DNA of 64,000 nt. Source: Abditibacteriaceae bacterium (GTDB taxonomy: Bacteria; Armatimonadota; Abditibacteriia; Abditibacteriales; Abditibacteriaceae). The position numbers and the translations under genes were made by a program. Shown here piece by piece: positions 30,222 through 39,297 of the stretch. The stretch lies in NCBI GenBank assembly GCA_965277285.1, contig OZ255721.1:2464001-2528000 (forward strand), in the 5' to 3' direction. Every line of letters starts with the position of its first letter. Positions within the stretch are counted from its first letter, which is position 1. The notes below the pieces were generated by a model that searched no databases, was not told the DNA's origin, and saw nothing but the letters and a program-made list of their open reading frames with translations.

Positions 30222-30938
30222 ATGAAACGAATTTATTGGATGGTTCCCACAGCGCTGGCGTTATGTGTCGCGCCCATTGCGATCAGCAGCGCGATGGCTT
30301 CGTCGCGTGGTCGCAACAACGCGCCCAAAGCCATCGAAGTCGATGCGCCCGCGGATACAGCAGCAACGATCGGCAAAGCGACCGCGGATTTCTCGAACGC
30401 GCGCTTCGACCGCAGCGAAACCGCATGGGGGCGTTTGGTGGCGGACGCCGTGCGCGCGCAGGCCAAAACCGACATCGCCATTGTCAATGCGGGCACGCTG
30501 GAACGCGGCACTTTGCAGGCCGGCAACATCAGCCGCGACGACATCGCCGCGCTTTTGTCGTTTGGCGACGACGACGTGGCGACGATTCAAGTCAGCGGCG
30601 CGCAGTTGCGCGAAGCCTTGGAGCGCGGCGTCGGCGCTTATTCGACGGGTTCTCCCGCCTGGCTGCATTTGTCGGGCATGACGGCGACCTTCAATGCGGG
30701 CGCCAATAGCGGCAGCCGCCTTACATCGCTTAAAGTCGCCGGACGCGATGTGAAAGATAGCGATTCGTTTTCCGTCGCCATGCCGATTGGTCTGGCCGAA
30801 GGCGGCTCCGGCTACTATAAAGTGTGGAACAACGCCGCCGTCAAAGACCAGAACGTGACGCTGACGCAAGCGATTGTCAACTACATCCACACGCACCACG
30901 CTATCTCGCCGGACAACACGGCGCGCATCAGCGGCTAA
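30222..30938 (+). CDS. Exported 5'-nucleotidase C-terminal-domain protein
   Basis: ETAWGRLVADA, DIAIVNAG and SGAQLREALE. No metallophosphatase N-domain. Confidence 0.85.
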   Translation: MKRIYWMVPTALALCVAPIAISSAMASSRGRNNAPKAIEVDAPADTAATIGKATADFSNARFDRSETAWGRLVADAVRAQAKTDIAIVNAGTLERGTLQAGNISRDDIAALLSFGDDDVATIQVSGAQLREALERGVGAYSTGSPAWLHLSGMTATFNAGANSGSRLTSLKVAGRDVKDSDSFSVAMPIGLAEGGSGYYKVWNNAAVKDQNVTLTQAIVNYIHTHHAISPDNTARISG

Positions 30939-30972
30939 ACGATGACGCAACCTGAAACTTAATTGGTGGCAA

Positions 30973-31013
30973 TAGCAGAACGAGTACTCGAACTTTCGAG
31001 TACTCGTTCTGCT
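30973..31013. repeat. Hairpin built from two inverted near-copies of the palindrome
   Basis: agcagaacgagtactcgaa-ct-ttcgagtactcgttctgct. Confidence 0.8.
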
Positions 31014-31034
31014 GTTACGAGGCAAAAAACGAAA

Positions 31035-32180
31035 ATGAGCGCAATCAGGAACAAAAGAATCGCTGTCGTGGGCGCGGGGCCGAGCGGATTGACCATCGCA
31101 AGGCTTTTGCAGATGGGCGGCGCTGAAGTCAAAGTGTATGAAAGGGACGCGCACCAAGGCGCCCGAATGCAGGGCGCGACTTTGGATTTGCACGAGGAAT
31201 CGGGGTTAAAAGCTCTGCGCGCAGCCGAGTTAATGGAAGCATTTCAAGCTCACTACCGTCCGGGCGCCGATAAATTGCGCATCGTCGATAAAAATGCCCA
31301 CATTTTGATGGACGACCACGCGAACGGAAAAACCGACGAGTCGCGGCCTGAAATTGATCGCGGCCCTTTGCAGATGATTCTGCTGGATTCGCTGCGGCCC
31401 GCTACGGTTGTGTGGGACAGCCATTTTCAATCCCTTACAGCAAGCCAAAATAACTCTTGGACATTGCATTTCAAAAATGGCACGTCAACTGTTGCCGATG
31501 TCGTGATCGCAGCCGATGGCGCGAACTCAAAACTTCGTTCCTACATCACGCCCATCAAACCATTTTATTGCGGATTCACTGCAGTCGAAGGCGCCGTTTA
31601 TAATTCCGAAACAGCAAGCCCGAAAGTTCATCAGTTGTTAAAAGGCGGAAAGATATTTGCCTTTGGCGACGAGAAAAGTTTGATTGTCAGCTCGAAGGGC
31701 GATGGCAGCCTGGTATTTTATACCGGCTGCAAAACCGATGAACACTGGAGCCGGGAAAGCGGAATAGATTTCGGAGACAAAGCACAAGTGCTCGCCTGGT
31801 TCAAAGCGGAATATGCAGGCTGGGACAGCATTTGGCACGAATTATTCGAGAACGCCTCTGCGCCTTTCGTGCCGCGCCCGCTGGGTTGTATGCCTTTGGA
31901 TCAAACATGGGAAGCTTTGCCAAACCTGACTTTGCTGGGCGATGCCGCTCACTTGATGCCACCTTATGCGGGCGAAGGCGTCAACATGGCGATGTTGGAT
32001 GCTTTGGAATTAAATCAAAGTCTCTTCAGCGAAGATTTCTCTGACACGCATTCGGCCATCGCAGCTTATGAAAAACAAATGCGCCTGAGAGCCTCCGAAG
32101 TCGCAAAAATCTCGTTAGAGCAAACAGCTTCCCTGCATTCGCCAAACGCAATTTCCAACATGATGGAAATCATCAGTTGA
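31035..32180 (+). CDS. FAD-dependent monooxygenase, TetX-like family
   Basis: GAGPSG, YERD...GATLDLH, RPEIDR, ADGANS and GDAAHLMPPYAGEGVN, colinear with Tet(X) motifs. Confidence 0.88.
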   Translation: MSAIRNKRIAVVGAGPSGLTIARLLQMGGAEVKVYERDAHQGARMQGATLDLHEESGLKALRAAELMEAFQAHYRPGADKLRIVDKNAHILMDDHANGKTDESRPEIDRGPLQMILLDSLRPATVVWDSHFQSLTASQNNSWTLHFKNGTSTVADVVIAADGANSKLRSYITPIKPFYCGFTAVEGAVYNSETASPKVHQLLKGGKIFAFGDEKSLIVSSKGDGSLVFYTGCKTDEHWSRESGIDFGDKAQVLAWFKAEYAGWDSIWHELFENASAPFVPRPLGCMPLDQTWEALPNLTLLGDAAHLMPPYAGEGVNMAMLDALELNQSLFSEDFSDTHSAIAAYEKQMRLRASEVAKISLEQTASLHSPNAISNMMEIIS

Positions 32181-32418
32181 AAGAAAATTACGGTTTGAAG
32201 TAAGAACACAGCACCATCAAGAAGCTGCGCCCGACCTATTCCAACAAGTTTCTATTTGACGGCGCGCGGTGTTTTCGCCACAATGGAATGCGGTCTTCCC
32301 CTCTTTAGCACAAAGGAAGGTCGCATTTTCGTTTTGTCTCGAGGTTTCGCTTTTGTCCCTTTCGTCTTCGTCACCGTCGTCCGCATCGCCCGATTCGAGT
32401 ACTCGATTGTCCGCTTCT

Positions 32419-34653
32419 ATGGCGCAACGCCCGGATCGTTTCCGCCTGAGCTGGATTTTGATCCTTCTGGCGACAATTGTTTCGCTGGGCGCGTTTGTGA
32501 TGCGCTGGGGTTATGAAAACGCGAACACGCAAGCGCAGCTCACGGTCGATTACGATGATACGCGTGGTTTGGCCGATGCGTATCAAATCACGCAAGACGA
32601 TTTGTTGCATCAGTTGCACGAGCGCGGCGTGACCAGCATCGGGCTTTACGAACAATCGCTGGCGAGTTTGCGCAACAGCGGACGTTTGGCGGTCACAGCG
32701 CGCGAAGAAGCCGAAAAACTTTATCCCGACGCCGCTTGGTCGCAAGTCGATAAACAATATCGTTTTCTCGTAACCACAACGCCCGATAACGCCGCTTTGT
32801 TGCCCGCTATTTTGCCGCGCCTGACCGAACAATCGCAGCCCGCGACGCCGCCTCTCAACATTGAACTGGGACACGATAGCGGAACCGGCGTTCTCATTCC
32901 CAACTCGCCGCTCCTCATCGGCGAAGCGTTGGTTGGCTTCGATCCTTTGCAAATTCAGCAGGCGAAAAACGCTGGACTTTCTGTCACGGCGCGCATTTCC
33001 AATCCACAAAATCTCAATCCGGCGCGCGTACGCACCTTGCTGGACGACGCAGTGAAAGCGCACGCCAAAGTCGTCCTGTTTTCTTCGGATGAAGTGCTGG
33101 GCTACGATTCGTTGATCAAGCAAGTGTCGGACGAAATGAAGAAGCGGCATTTATTGTTCGGCAACATCGAGTTCGGCAAGCAAAACGGCTGGGACGACTT
33201 CTCGAAAGACACTGACGGCCTGATCGTTCGCGTTCACAGCGTCGAAGGCTTGGAAGCTGGAAAGATGAAGACCGAAATGCTGGTGGATCGTTATGCGCGC
33301 GGCATCAAGGAACGCAACATTCGCGTCGCTTACATCCGCCTGATTCGTCAACTGCACGGCGAAGCCGACGAAAACAACAACGTCCGCACGGTCGGCAAAA
33401 ACGCTCTCGAACAAAACCTCGACTTCATCCAGGCGATTTCCGAAGACCTGCGCTTGAAACCTTTGGGCGGAATTTTGCGCCCCGCGATGGAAACCGGACA
33501 GGCACACGCTTTCGATAATTATCCGATTGCGTGGATGGCGCCGCACGTCGGAGGAACCAAAACCGCGACGATTTTAGCTTATGTGATGCGCTTTTTCGCC
33601 GGATTGGGCGCCGTCGGTGGCGTCTTATTGCTGCTCAATTTGTTCTTCGACTTGTCGCGCCGCACGGAAATGTTGTGGCTCGTCACGGGCATAATTTTGG
33701 TCGGTGGCATGGCGCTTTCCGCCGGAATGGGCGCCAAACTGATCGCTCTCGTCGTCGGCTGCGTGTTTTCTGTCGTCGGCATTATGTGGGGCGGACTTCC
33801 ACAACTGTGGGACAAATTGCATGGACGTTTTGCCAACGTGCCAAATGAAGAACCGACGGTTTGGTCATCGTTTGTGGACGGCTTCAAGATTCTGATTCGC
33901 ACTTCGCTCATCACCTTTATCGGGCCGCTACTCATCATCGCGCTGCTCAATCAATGGAAATATATGAGCGGCACCGACAAATATCTGCTGCCCAAAGCGA
34001 CGCAATTATTGCCCTTGTTTTTGGTCGGCTTGGCGTGGTGCGGCGATGTTTTCCCGCATCGAGTACTCGAAAGCGGCGCGACTGTCGCGCGGCGTCGTGC
34101 GAGACAGCGTTTCGCTAACGTCTTGAGTCAACCATTCACCGTGCGCATCGCCGTCGCAGCAGTGATCTTGTTTGTCATCGGTACCATTTGGATCGGGCGC
34201 AGCGGCAACGACAGCGGCATGGAAATCTCGCCTCTCGAACTAAAAATGCGCGCGTTTTTGGAACAAACTCTCGTCACGCGCCCGCGCACCAAGGAAATGT
34301 TCATCGGAATGCCGGCTGTTGTTTTCGCCGTCTGGTTTATGCGCCGTCGCCAATGGATTTTGGGTTTCGCCGCCGTCATTCTGGCGACGATTGGCCAGGC
34401 CGATATGCTGAACACCTTTTGTCACATTCACACGCCGATTTTCTATTCGCTGCTGCGCACCGTTCACGGCATCTGGATCGGCGCCGTTGTCGGCGGAATT
34501 GCATTGTGGATTTGGAATGCGATTGAAAAAATGCTCGCCAAACGTCGCAATTCGGGCGTTGACAACACCATCGAGTACTCGAACGGAATTTCGGCGAACG
34601 GCGTCGTCAAAAACGGCGTGGCACACTTTCCAGCCAACGTGGACGCGAATTAA
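32419..34653 (+). CDS. DUF5693-family membrane protein
   Basis: ERNIR, GRSGN, RPRTKE and NTFCHIHTP motifs, directly upstream of csaB. Alternative TTG start at 32353. Confidence 0.85.
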   Translation: MAQRPDRFRLSWILILLATIVSLGAFVMRWGYENANTQAQLTVDYDDTRGLADAYQITQDDLLHQLHERGVTSIGLYEQSLASLRNSGRLAVTAREEAEKLYPDAAWSQVDKQYRFLVTTTPDNAALLPAILPRLTEQSQPATPPLNIELGHDSGTGVLIPNSPLLIGEALVGFDPLQIQQAKNAGLSVTARISNPQNLNPARVRTLLDDAVKAHAKVVLFSSDEVLGYDSLIKQVSDEMKKRHLLFGNIEFGKQNGWDDFSKDTDGLIVRVHSVEGLEAGKMKTEMLVDRYARGIKERNIRVAYIRLIRQLHGEADENNNVRTVGKNALEQNLDFIQAISEDLRLKPLGGILRPAMETGQAHAFDNYPIAWMAPHVGGTKTATILAYVMRFFAGLGAVGGVLLLLNLFFDLSRRTEMLWLVTGIILVGGMALSAGMGAKLIALVVGCVFSVVGIMWGGLPQLWDKLHGRFANVPNEEPTVWSSFVDGFKILIRTSLITFIGPLLIIALLNQWKYMSGTDKYLLPKATQLLPLFLVGLAWCGDVFPHRVLESGATVARRRARQRFANVLSQPFTVRIAVAAVILFVIGTIWIGRSGNDSGMEISPLELKMRAFLEQTLVTRPRTKEMFIGMPAVVFAVWFMRRRQWILGFAAVILATIGQADMLNTFCHIHTPIFYSLLRTVHGIWIGAVVGGIALWIWNAIEKMLAKRRNSGVDNTIEYSNGISANGVVKNGVAHFPANVDAN

Positions 34654-34722
34654 ACGAACCCGAAGCGTCAGCGAGGGAGATTACACAGAATTATCTCCAT
34701 CGCTCACGCTTTGGGTTCGTTT
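34652..34722. repeat. REP-like inverted repeat, family A
   Basis: aaacgaacccgaagcgtcagcgagggagat pairs with atctccatcgctcacgctttgggttcgttt. Confidence 0.8.
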
Positions 34723-34733
34723 GTTTTACATCA

Positions 34734-35810
34734 ATGAACTATCTGCTTTCGGGCTATTACGGTTTTGGCAACGCGGGCGATGAAGCCGTTCTATGCGGCG
34801 TGATGAACGCCTTGAAAGCGCAAGACCCAAAGGCGCACTTCATTGTCACGTCGGGCGCGCCCGAACAAACGCAACATCGTTACGAAATCGAGTACTCGAT
34901 TCGCGCCATTCCGCGCCAGAACCCGCGCGCTTTGATTTCCGCGATTCGTTCGTGCGACGTGTTCATTTCTGGCGGCGGCAGTTTGCTGCAAGACGTGACG
35001 AGTTTGCGCAACGTCGTTTACTACACAGGCTTGATGCGACTGGCGCTCTTTTTCCGCAAACCTCTGGTCGTTTACGCGCAAGGCATCGGGCCGCTCAATC
35101 GCAAAATATCGCAGAAATTGGCGCGTCGCGCGATCAATGGCGCGCAAGTCGTCACGGTGCGCGACGAAGATTCCAAAGCGTTATTGAAAAACATCGGCGT
35201 TCATCGCGCCATTGAAGTCGTCGCCGATCCGGTTTGGGCGCTGCAGCCCACATCCGTTGAAGAAAAAACAATTTCGCCAACGTGGAATGTCGCTTTGCGT
35301 TCATGGCCGAATGTTCCCGAAGAAACCGCCGACGAGTACGCGAAACGCACTTTCACAGCGATTTGCGAGGCCGCAAAAACCGCCAATGTTCAACTGCGAT
35401 TTCTGCCGATGCAGCCCACAGAAGACGCGCCGCTGGCGGAAAAATATCGCGCTGTGATGAACGAAGCTGACGAAATCGTGGATTTGAACGATTTGCATCC
35501 GCGCGAAGTTATGGCGCATTGTGGCAGCGCCAACGTGATGATTGCGATGCGATTGCACGCCTTGATTTTCGCTGCCGCGCAAGGTGTGCCGTGCGTGGCG
35601 ATCAACTATGACCCAAAAGTCGCATCGCTGGCGAAACTCCTCGGCGCGCCGCTGTTGAACATCGAAGACTTGCAGGACAGCAATCGAGTACTCGAAGCGG
35701 TCAAAAGCGCGCGCCCTCTTTCGAGCGAACAATTACAAACCTTGAAAGAACGCGCCAGTCGTGCGGCGGAGTTGGCAGTTGGAGTAAAAAGACGCCAGGA
35801 AGTGCAATGA
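34734..35810 (+). CDS. csaB: Polysaccharide pyruvyl transferase CsaB
   Basis: SGYYGFGNAGDEA, SGGGSLLQDVTS, AQGIGPL, MRLHALI and YDPKV motifs. Confidence 0.93.
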   Translation: MNYLLSGYYGFGNAGDEAVLCGVMNALKAQDPKAHFIVTSGAPEQTQHRYEIEYSIRAIPRQNPRALISAIRSCDVFISGGGSLLQDVTSLRNVVYYTGLMRLALFFRKPLVVYAQGIGPLNRKISQKLARRAINGAQVVTVRDEDSKALLKNIGVHRAIEVVADPVWALQPTSVEEKTISPTWNVALRSWPNVPEETADEYAKRTFTAICEAAKTANVQLRFLPMQPTEDAPLAEKYRAVMNEADEIVDLNDLHPREVMAHCGSANVMIAMRLHALIFAAAQGVPCVAINYDPKVASLAKLLGAPLLNIEDLQDSNRVLEAVKSARPLSSEQLQTLKERASRAAELAVGVKRRQEVQ

Positions 35811-36346
35811 AAACTGTTCATGCGCGTTGGTTTGAAGTCGCCCTCGCACTTTTGGTCGGTTTGCTACTGGCGCGTCCGCTTGCCAATTTCTTTCATGGCG
35901 TTGGCGATGTGATAAGCGACGGTAGTTTTTTCCGAGAAGATCGCGCGCATCATCTCAACGATGGTCACATTTGGAATACAAAAGCTCGTTTAGCCGATTT
36001 GCAACGTGCTTTGCTCAAATATAGTCAGCACCACAACGGTGATTTATCTCCTTTGAAAAGCGCGAAGCTGACACGGCAACTTTTGCGCTCTTGCACTGAC
36101 GACAAACAGTGTTTCAATAATTTAAAAAACGTGCCGTTTCAGCCCAACACTTCGCTTGCCAACGTCAAATTCAACCAGATCAAAAATCCCGCTCACGTCG
36201 TGCTTTTCTACGATGAATCGCCGGCGGAAACTTATCCGCAAGTTTATTTCGTGACCGTTGATGGACAAGTCAACAATGTGAGTTCCAACGACTGGATTCG
36301 ATTGCAGCGCCTTTGGCAGAAACAGCAGAAGATTGGATCGCCTTGA
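35807..36346 (+). CDS. Hypothetical membrane-anchored protein
   Basis: ATGA overlap with csaB and an N-terminal TM helix. Confidence 0.65.
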   Translation: MKTVHARWFEVALALLVGLLLARPLANFFHGVGDVISDGSFFREDRAHHLNDGHIWNTKARLADLQRALLKYSQHHNGDLSPLKSAKLTRQLLRSCTDDKQCFNNLKNVPFQPNTSLANVKFNQIKNPAHVVLFYDESPAETYPQVYFVTVDGQVNNVSSNDWIRLQRLWQKQQKIGSP

Positions 36347-36401
36347 ATCGAGTACTCGAAGGCGCCAGGAAAACGCGCGTTTTTGATAAGATAAAAGAAC
36401 T

Positions 36402-37049
36402 TTGTCCCATATTTTTCTGGTTCGTCATGGTGAAGTGGCGGGAAATTCGGTGCAGGCGGGCGGGCGTTTGACTTTCGCGGGTTGGGAAGACAAGCCTTTG
36501 ACCGCGCGCGGCGAACAACAAGCGCAAGCCGTCGCACAGCGTTTGTCAACCGAAAAATTGACGGCGGTTTATGCGTCCGATTTAAGCCGCGCGCGCAATA
36601 CGGCGCAGCAAATCGCCAAACAGCATAATCTGGAAGTTCGGGTTGATGCGCGCTTGCGCGAAGTGAATTACGGCGCGTGGGAAGGTTTAGGTTTGGACGA
36701 GATTCTGGCGCAATGGCAAGACGTTTGGGACGCGCGCCGCCGCGATTTGGCGGGTGTTGCGCCGCCGAACGGCGAAAGTTACGGCGATTTGTGGAAGCGT
36801 TTATACCCGTGCTGGAACGAGATTTTAGCAAGTCACGGCGCAGAAGAGCGCATAGCGATTGTGGCGCATAATGGTACGTTGCGCGTTTTGATCAGTCGTT
36901 TATTGGGAATGCCGCTCGTCAATCTGCGATCTATTCACATGAGCAATTGCGGCATTTCCTGTTTTGAAATCAAAGCGGCGCACGCCGAGTACTGGAACGA
37001 TATTATCGCGTGTTTCATCAACGAAACCCATCATTTGAAAGAGATTTAG
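36402..37049 (+). CDS. Histidine phosphatase (GpmB/CobC-like)
   Basis: LVRHG, SDLSRA, LREVNYGAWEG, GES and AHNG motifs. Confidence 0.92.
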   Translation: MSHIFLVRHGEVAGNSVQAGGRLTFAGWEDKPLTARGEQQAQAVAQRLSTEKLTAVYASDLSRARNTAQQIAKQHNLEVRVDARLREVNYGAWEGLGLDEILAQWQDVWDARRRDLAGVAPPNGESYGDLWKRLYPCWNEILASHGAEERIAIVAHNGTLRVLISRLLGMPLVNLRSIHMSNCGISCFEIKAAHAEYWNDIIACFINETHHLKEI

Positions 37050-37147
37050 ATTTTACAGAGTGAAGAGAACATAAAAGCGTTCAAATTCGGAGTTAGTCGT
37101 TCTGAGAGGGTGTAGAGAATGTCGGAAAAGGTGCAGAAAACGCTCGA

Positions 37148-37234
37148 AACTACCAGTTTGTCATTCTGAGCGAAGCGAAGAATCTAACTTTACGATAGAT
37201 TCTTCGCTTCGCTCAGAATGACAAACTGGTAGTT
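37148..37234. repeat. REP-like inverted repeat, family B (gtcattctgagcgaagcgaagaatc)
   Basis: Perfect arms of about 39 bp. Other copies at 44732, 51909, 55429, 56937 and 58166. Confidence 0.9.
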
Positions 37235-37276
37235 GCAAACATATTCTCGGATTTGAAACGAAGGAAAAGTTGGAAA

Positions 37277-39139
37277 ATGGCTCGAAACAATATCGACGAT
37301 TCGACGAAAAATCAAGTAAACGAAAATAACTCGCCAACCAATGGCGCTGTCAATGATGCCGCGCGTCGTGCCGGCGTGAACCGCGAGGCCGCGCGCCACG
37401 AACGCGAAATTGCACGCCGCGCCGCCCGCGATCAAAGCATTTACGAACCGGAAGACCCTTATGTGCCGCCGCTCTTTTCATTGAGCGGCATTCGTAATGG
37501 TCTGGTTCACAGCACGGCCAGCAAGATTGTCATGCTGCTGTTGATTTTCATTTTCGCCGTCGGTTTTTTGCTGCTCAGCAACAATCAACCAGCCAACTTG
37601 CCGATCAACGGGCGCACCAATCCTAATTCTAACGGTGCTACCGCGCCCGATCCGGTGGCGACAGTGGCAGGTCAGCCGATTCCACGCGCCGATTTCGAAA
37701 ACGCCGCGCAGAAACAAGCGCAACTGGCGAGTTTTTACGGCCAAACCGTGAATCCGACCAATTGGTTTGTTTTGCAACAAAGCGTCTTGCAGCAAATGGC
37801 GGGACGCGCTGCGGTTCTCAAAGCCGCGCAGGATGCTGGAGTCACGGCCAGCGACGACGAAATCAAGCAGCGCATCGAAAAGGAAATTACCGACAAAATC
37901 GCGCAGGACAGCGGCGGCAACGCGGCAGCCGCGCGGCGCATGATCGAGCAGCAATATGGTTCCGAAGACAAATACCGCGACGAACTGCGCAGCCAGTTCG
38001 ACCATGACAAAGTCGCGCAGGCGATTGTCTTCGATAAATATCAAACGCAATGGCAGAACGCGCATCAGGCGAGCGAAGCCGATTACCTCAAATCGCTGAC
38101 CAAGCTGGACTTGAGCGTGATTTCGACGCGTCCCAAAATGCCCGCGCCCGGCGACAAGAACGCGCTTGCAACGTTCAAGCAAAACCAGGCCGATGCCAAA
38201 ACGCGCATGGACAAAATCGCCGCGCAACTCAAAGGTTTGCAAGGCGCCGCGTTGCAAGCGAAGTTCGCCGCGCTCGCCAAAACCGACAGTGACGACGAAA
38301 CGACGCGCGGCAAAGGTGGCGCCTTGGGTTTCAAAGCGCCCGCCGATTTGCCGATTTCGCAGGACATCAAAGACGCATTGCAGGCGGTTTCGAGTACTCC
38401 ATCGCTGGTCGGGCCGCTGGAAGATAAAGGCATGGGCACGTTTTCCCTTTATCTCGTCGCAGGTAAAAAAGTCGATTTGCCCAAAGATTACGCGAAGAAC
38501 AAAGCCATTTTGCTGAAGACTTTTCAAGATCAGAGCGCGTCGGCGGCGTGGCAGAAATATGTGCAGGATTCGAGCACTAAAGCCGACATTCAAATCAGCG
38601 ATCCCGCGCTGGACGCCTTCAAAACGCAAAGCGGCCCGATGGTCGTGTTGGGCACCAACGATCCGCGACAGGACGTTTTGAAGAAATATGACGACGCTTT
38701 AGCCTTCGCTTCGGGCGATGAAGCCGCCGCCATTCATTATCAGAAAGCGCAGGTTTATCAGAGCTTGAAGCAGTCCGATAAATATCTGGACGAACTGCGC
38801 GCCTCGATTACTGCGGCGCAAAATGCCTTGCCAGTTCGACTGGAATTGGCGCGCGCGCTCCGCGAGAACAAAGACACCAACGGCGCCATTGAGCAATTGC
38901 AAGCGGCTTCCAAGCAATTAGCGGACACGCCCGCCACGCCATCGATTTTCGGTGGCAACCCCAACGACGCGCTGCACACGCAAATCGCCGCGGAATACAC
39001 TGCTTTAGGACGCACTGATCTGGCCGATGCCGAGCGAAAGAAAATCACGCCGACAGCGAGCGCGAACGCCCTCAATCAACGCAACAACATGATCACGATT
39101 CCGGGCGGCGCTGCTCCCAAAGTCATCGCCAAGCCGTAA
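37277..39139 (+). CDS. SurA/PrsA/PpiD-like membrane-anchored chaperone (SurA-N + parvulin-like) with C-terminal TPR
   Basis: TM helix, VATVAGQPI, FAALAKTDSDDETTRGKGGALG parvulin motif, TPR-like tail. Confidence 0.8.
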   Translation: MARNNIDDSTKNQVNENNSPTNGAVNDAARRAGVNREAARHEREIARRAARDQSIYEPEDPYVPPLFSLSGIRNGLVHSTASKIVMLLLIFIFAVGFLLLSNNQPANLPINGRTNPNSNGATAPDPVATVAGQPIPRADFENAAQKQAQLASFYGQTVNPTNWFVLQQSVLQQMAGRAAVLKAAQDAGVTASDDEIKQRIEKEITDKIAQDSGGNAAAARRMIEQQYGSEDKYRDELRSQFDHDKVAQAIVFDKYQTQWQNAHQASEADYLKSLTKLDLSVISTRPKMPAPGDKNALATFKQNQADAKTRMDKIAAQLKGLQGAALQAKFAALAKTDSDDETTRGKGGALGFKAPADLPISQDIKDALQAVSSTPSLVGPLEDKGMGTFSLYLVAGKKVDLPKDYAKNKAILLKTFQDQSASAAWQKYVQDSSTKADIQISDPALDAFKTQSGPMVVLGTNDPRQDVLKKYDDALAFASGDEAAAIHYQKAQVYQSLKQSDKYLDELRASITAAQNALPVRLELARALRENKDTNGAIEQLQAASKQLADTPATPSIFGGNPNDALHTQIAAEYTALGRTDLADAERKKITPTASANALNQRNNMITIPGGAAPKVIAKP

Positions 39140-39159
39140 GAATTTTCCATAACACGCAC

Positions 39160-39196
39160 AAAGGTTCGCGTACTCAAATCGAGTACGCGAACCTTT
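39160..39196 (+). terminator. Intrinsic terminator built from palindrome variants
   Basis: aaaggttcgcgtactc-aaatc-gagtacgcgaaccttt followed by attt. Confidence 0.7.
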
Positions 39197-39207
39197 ATTT
39201 GTTATGT

Positions 39208-39297
39208 CGAACGAACCCGCAGCGTTAGCGACGGGCTTACCTCACAGTCTGATGTGATTGTTACTCAAGCCCGTCGCTAACGCTTCGGATTCGTTCG
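39208..39297. repeat. REP-like inverted repeat, family A, overlapping the 3' end of the ATPase gene
   Basis: Arms at 39208-39238 and 39267-39297. Confidence 0.85.
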
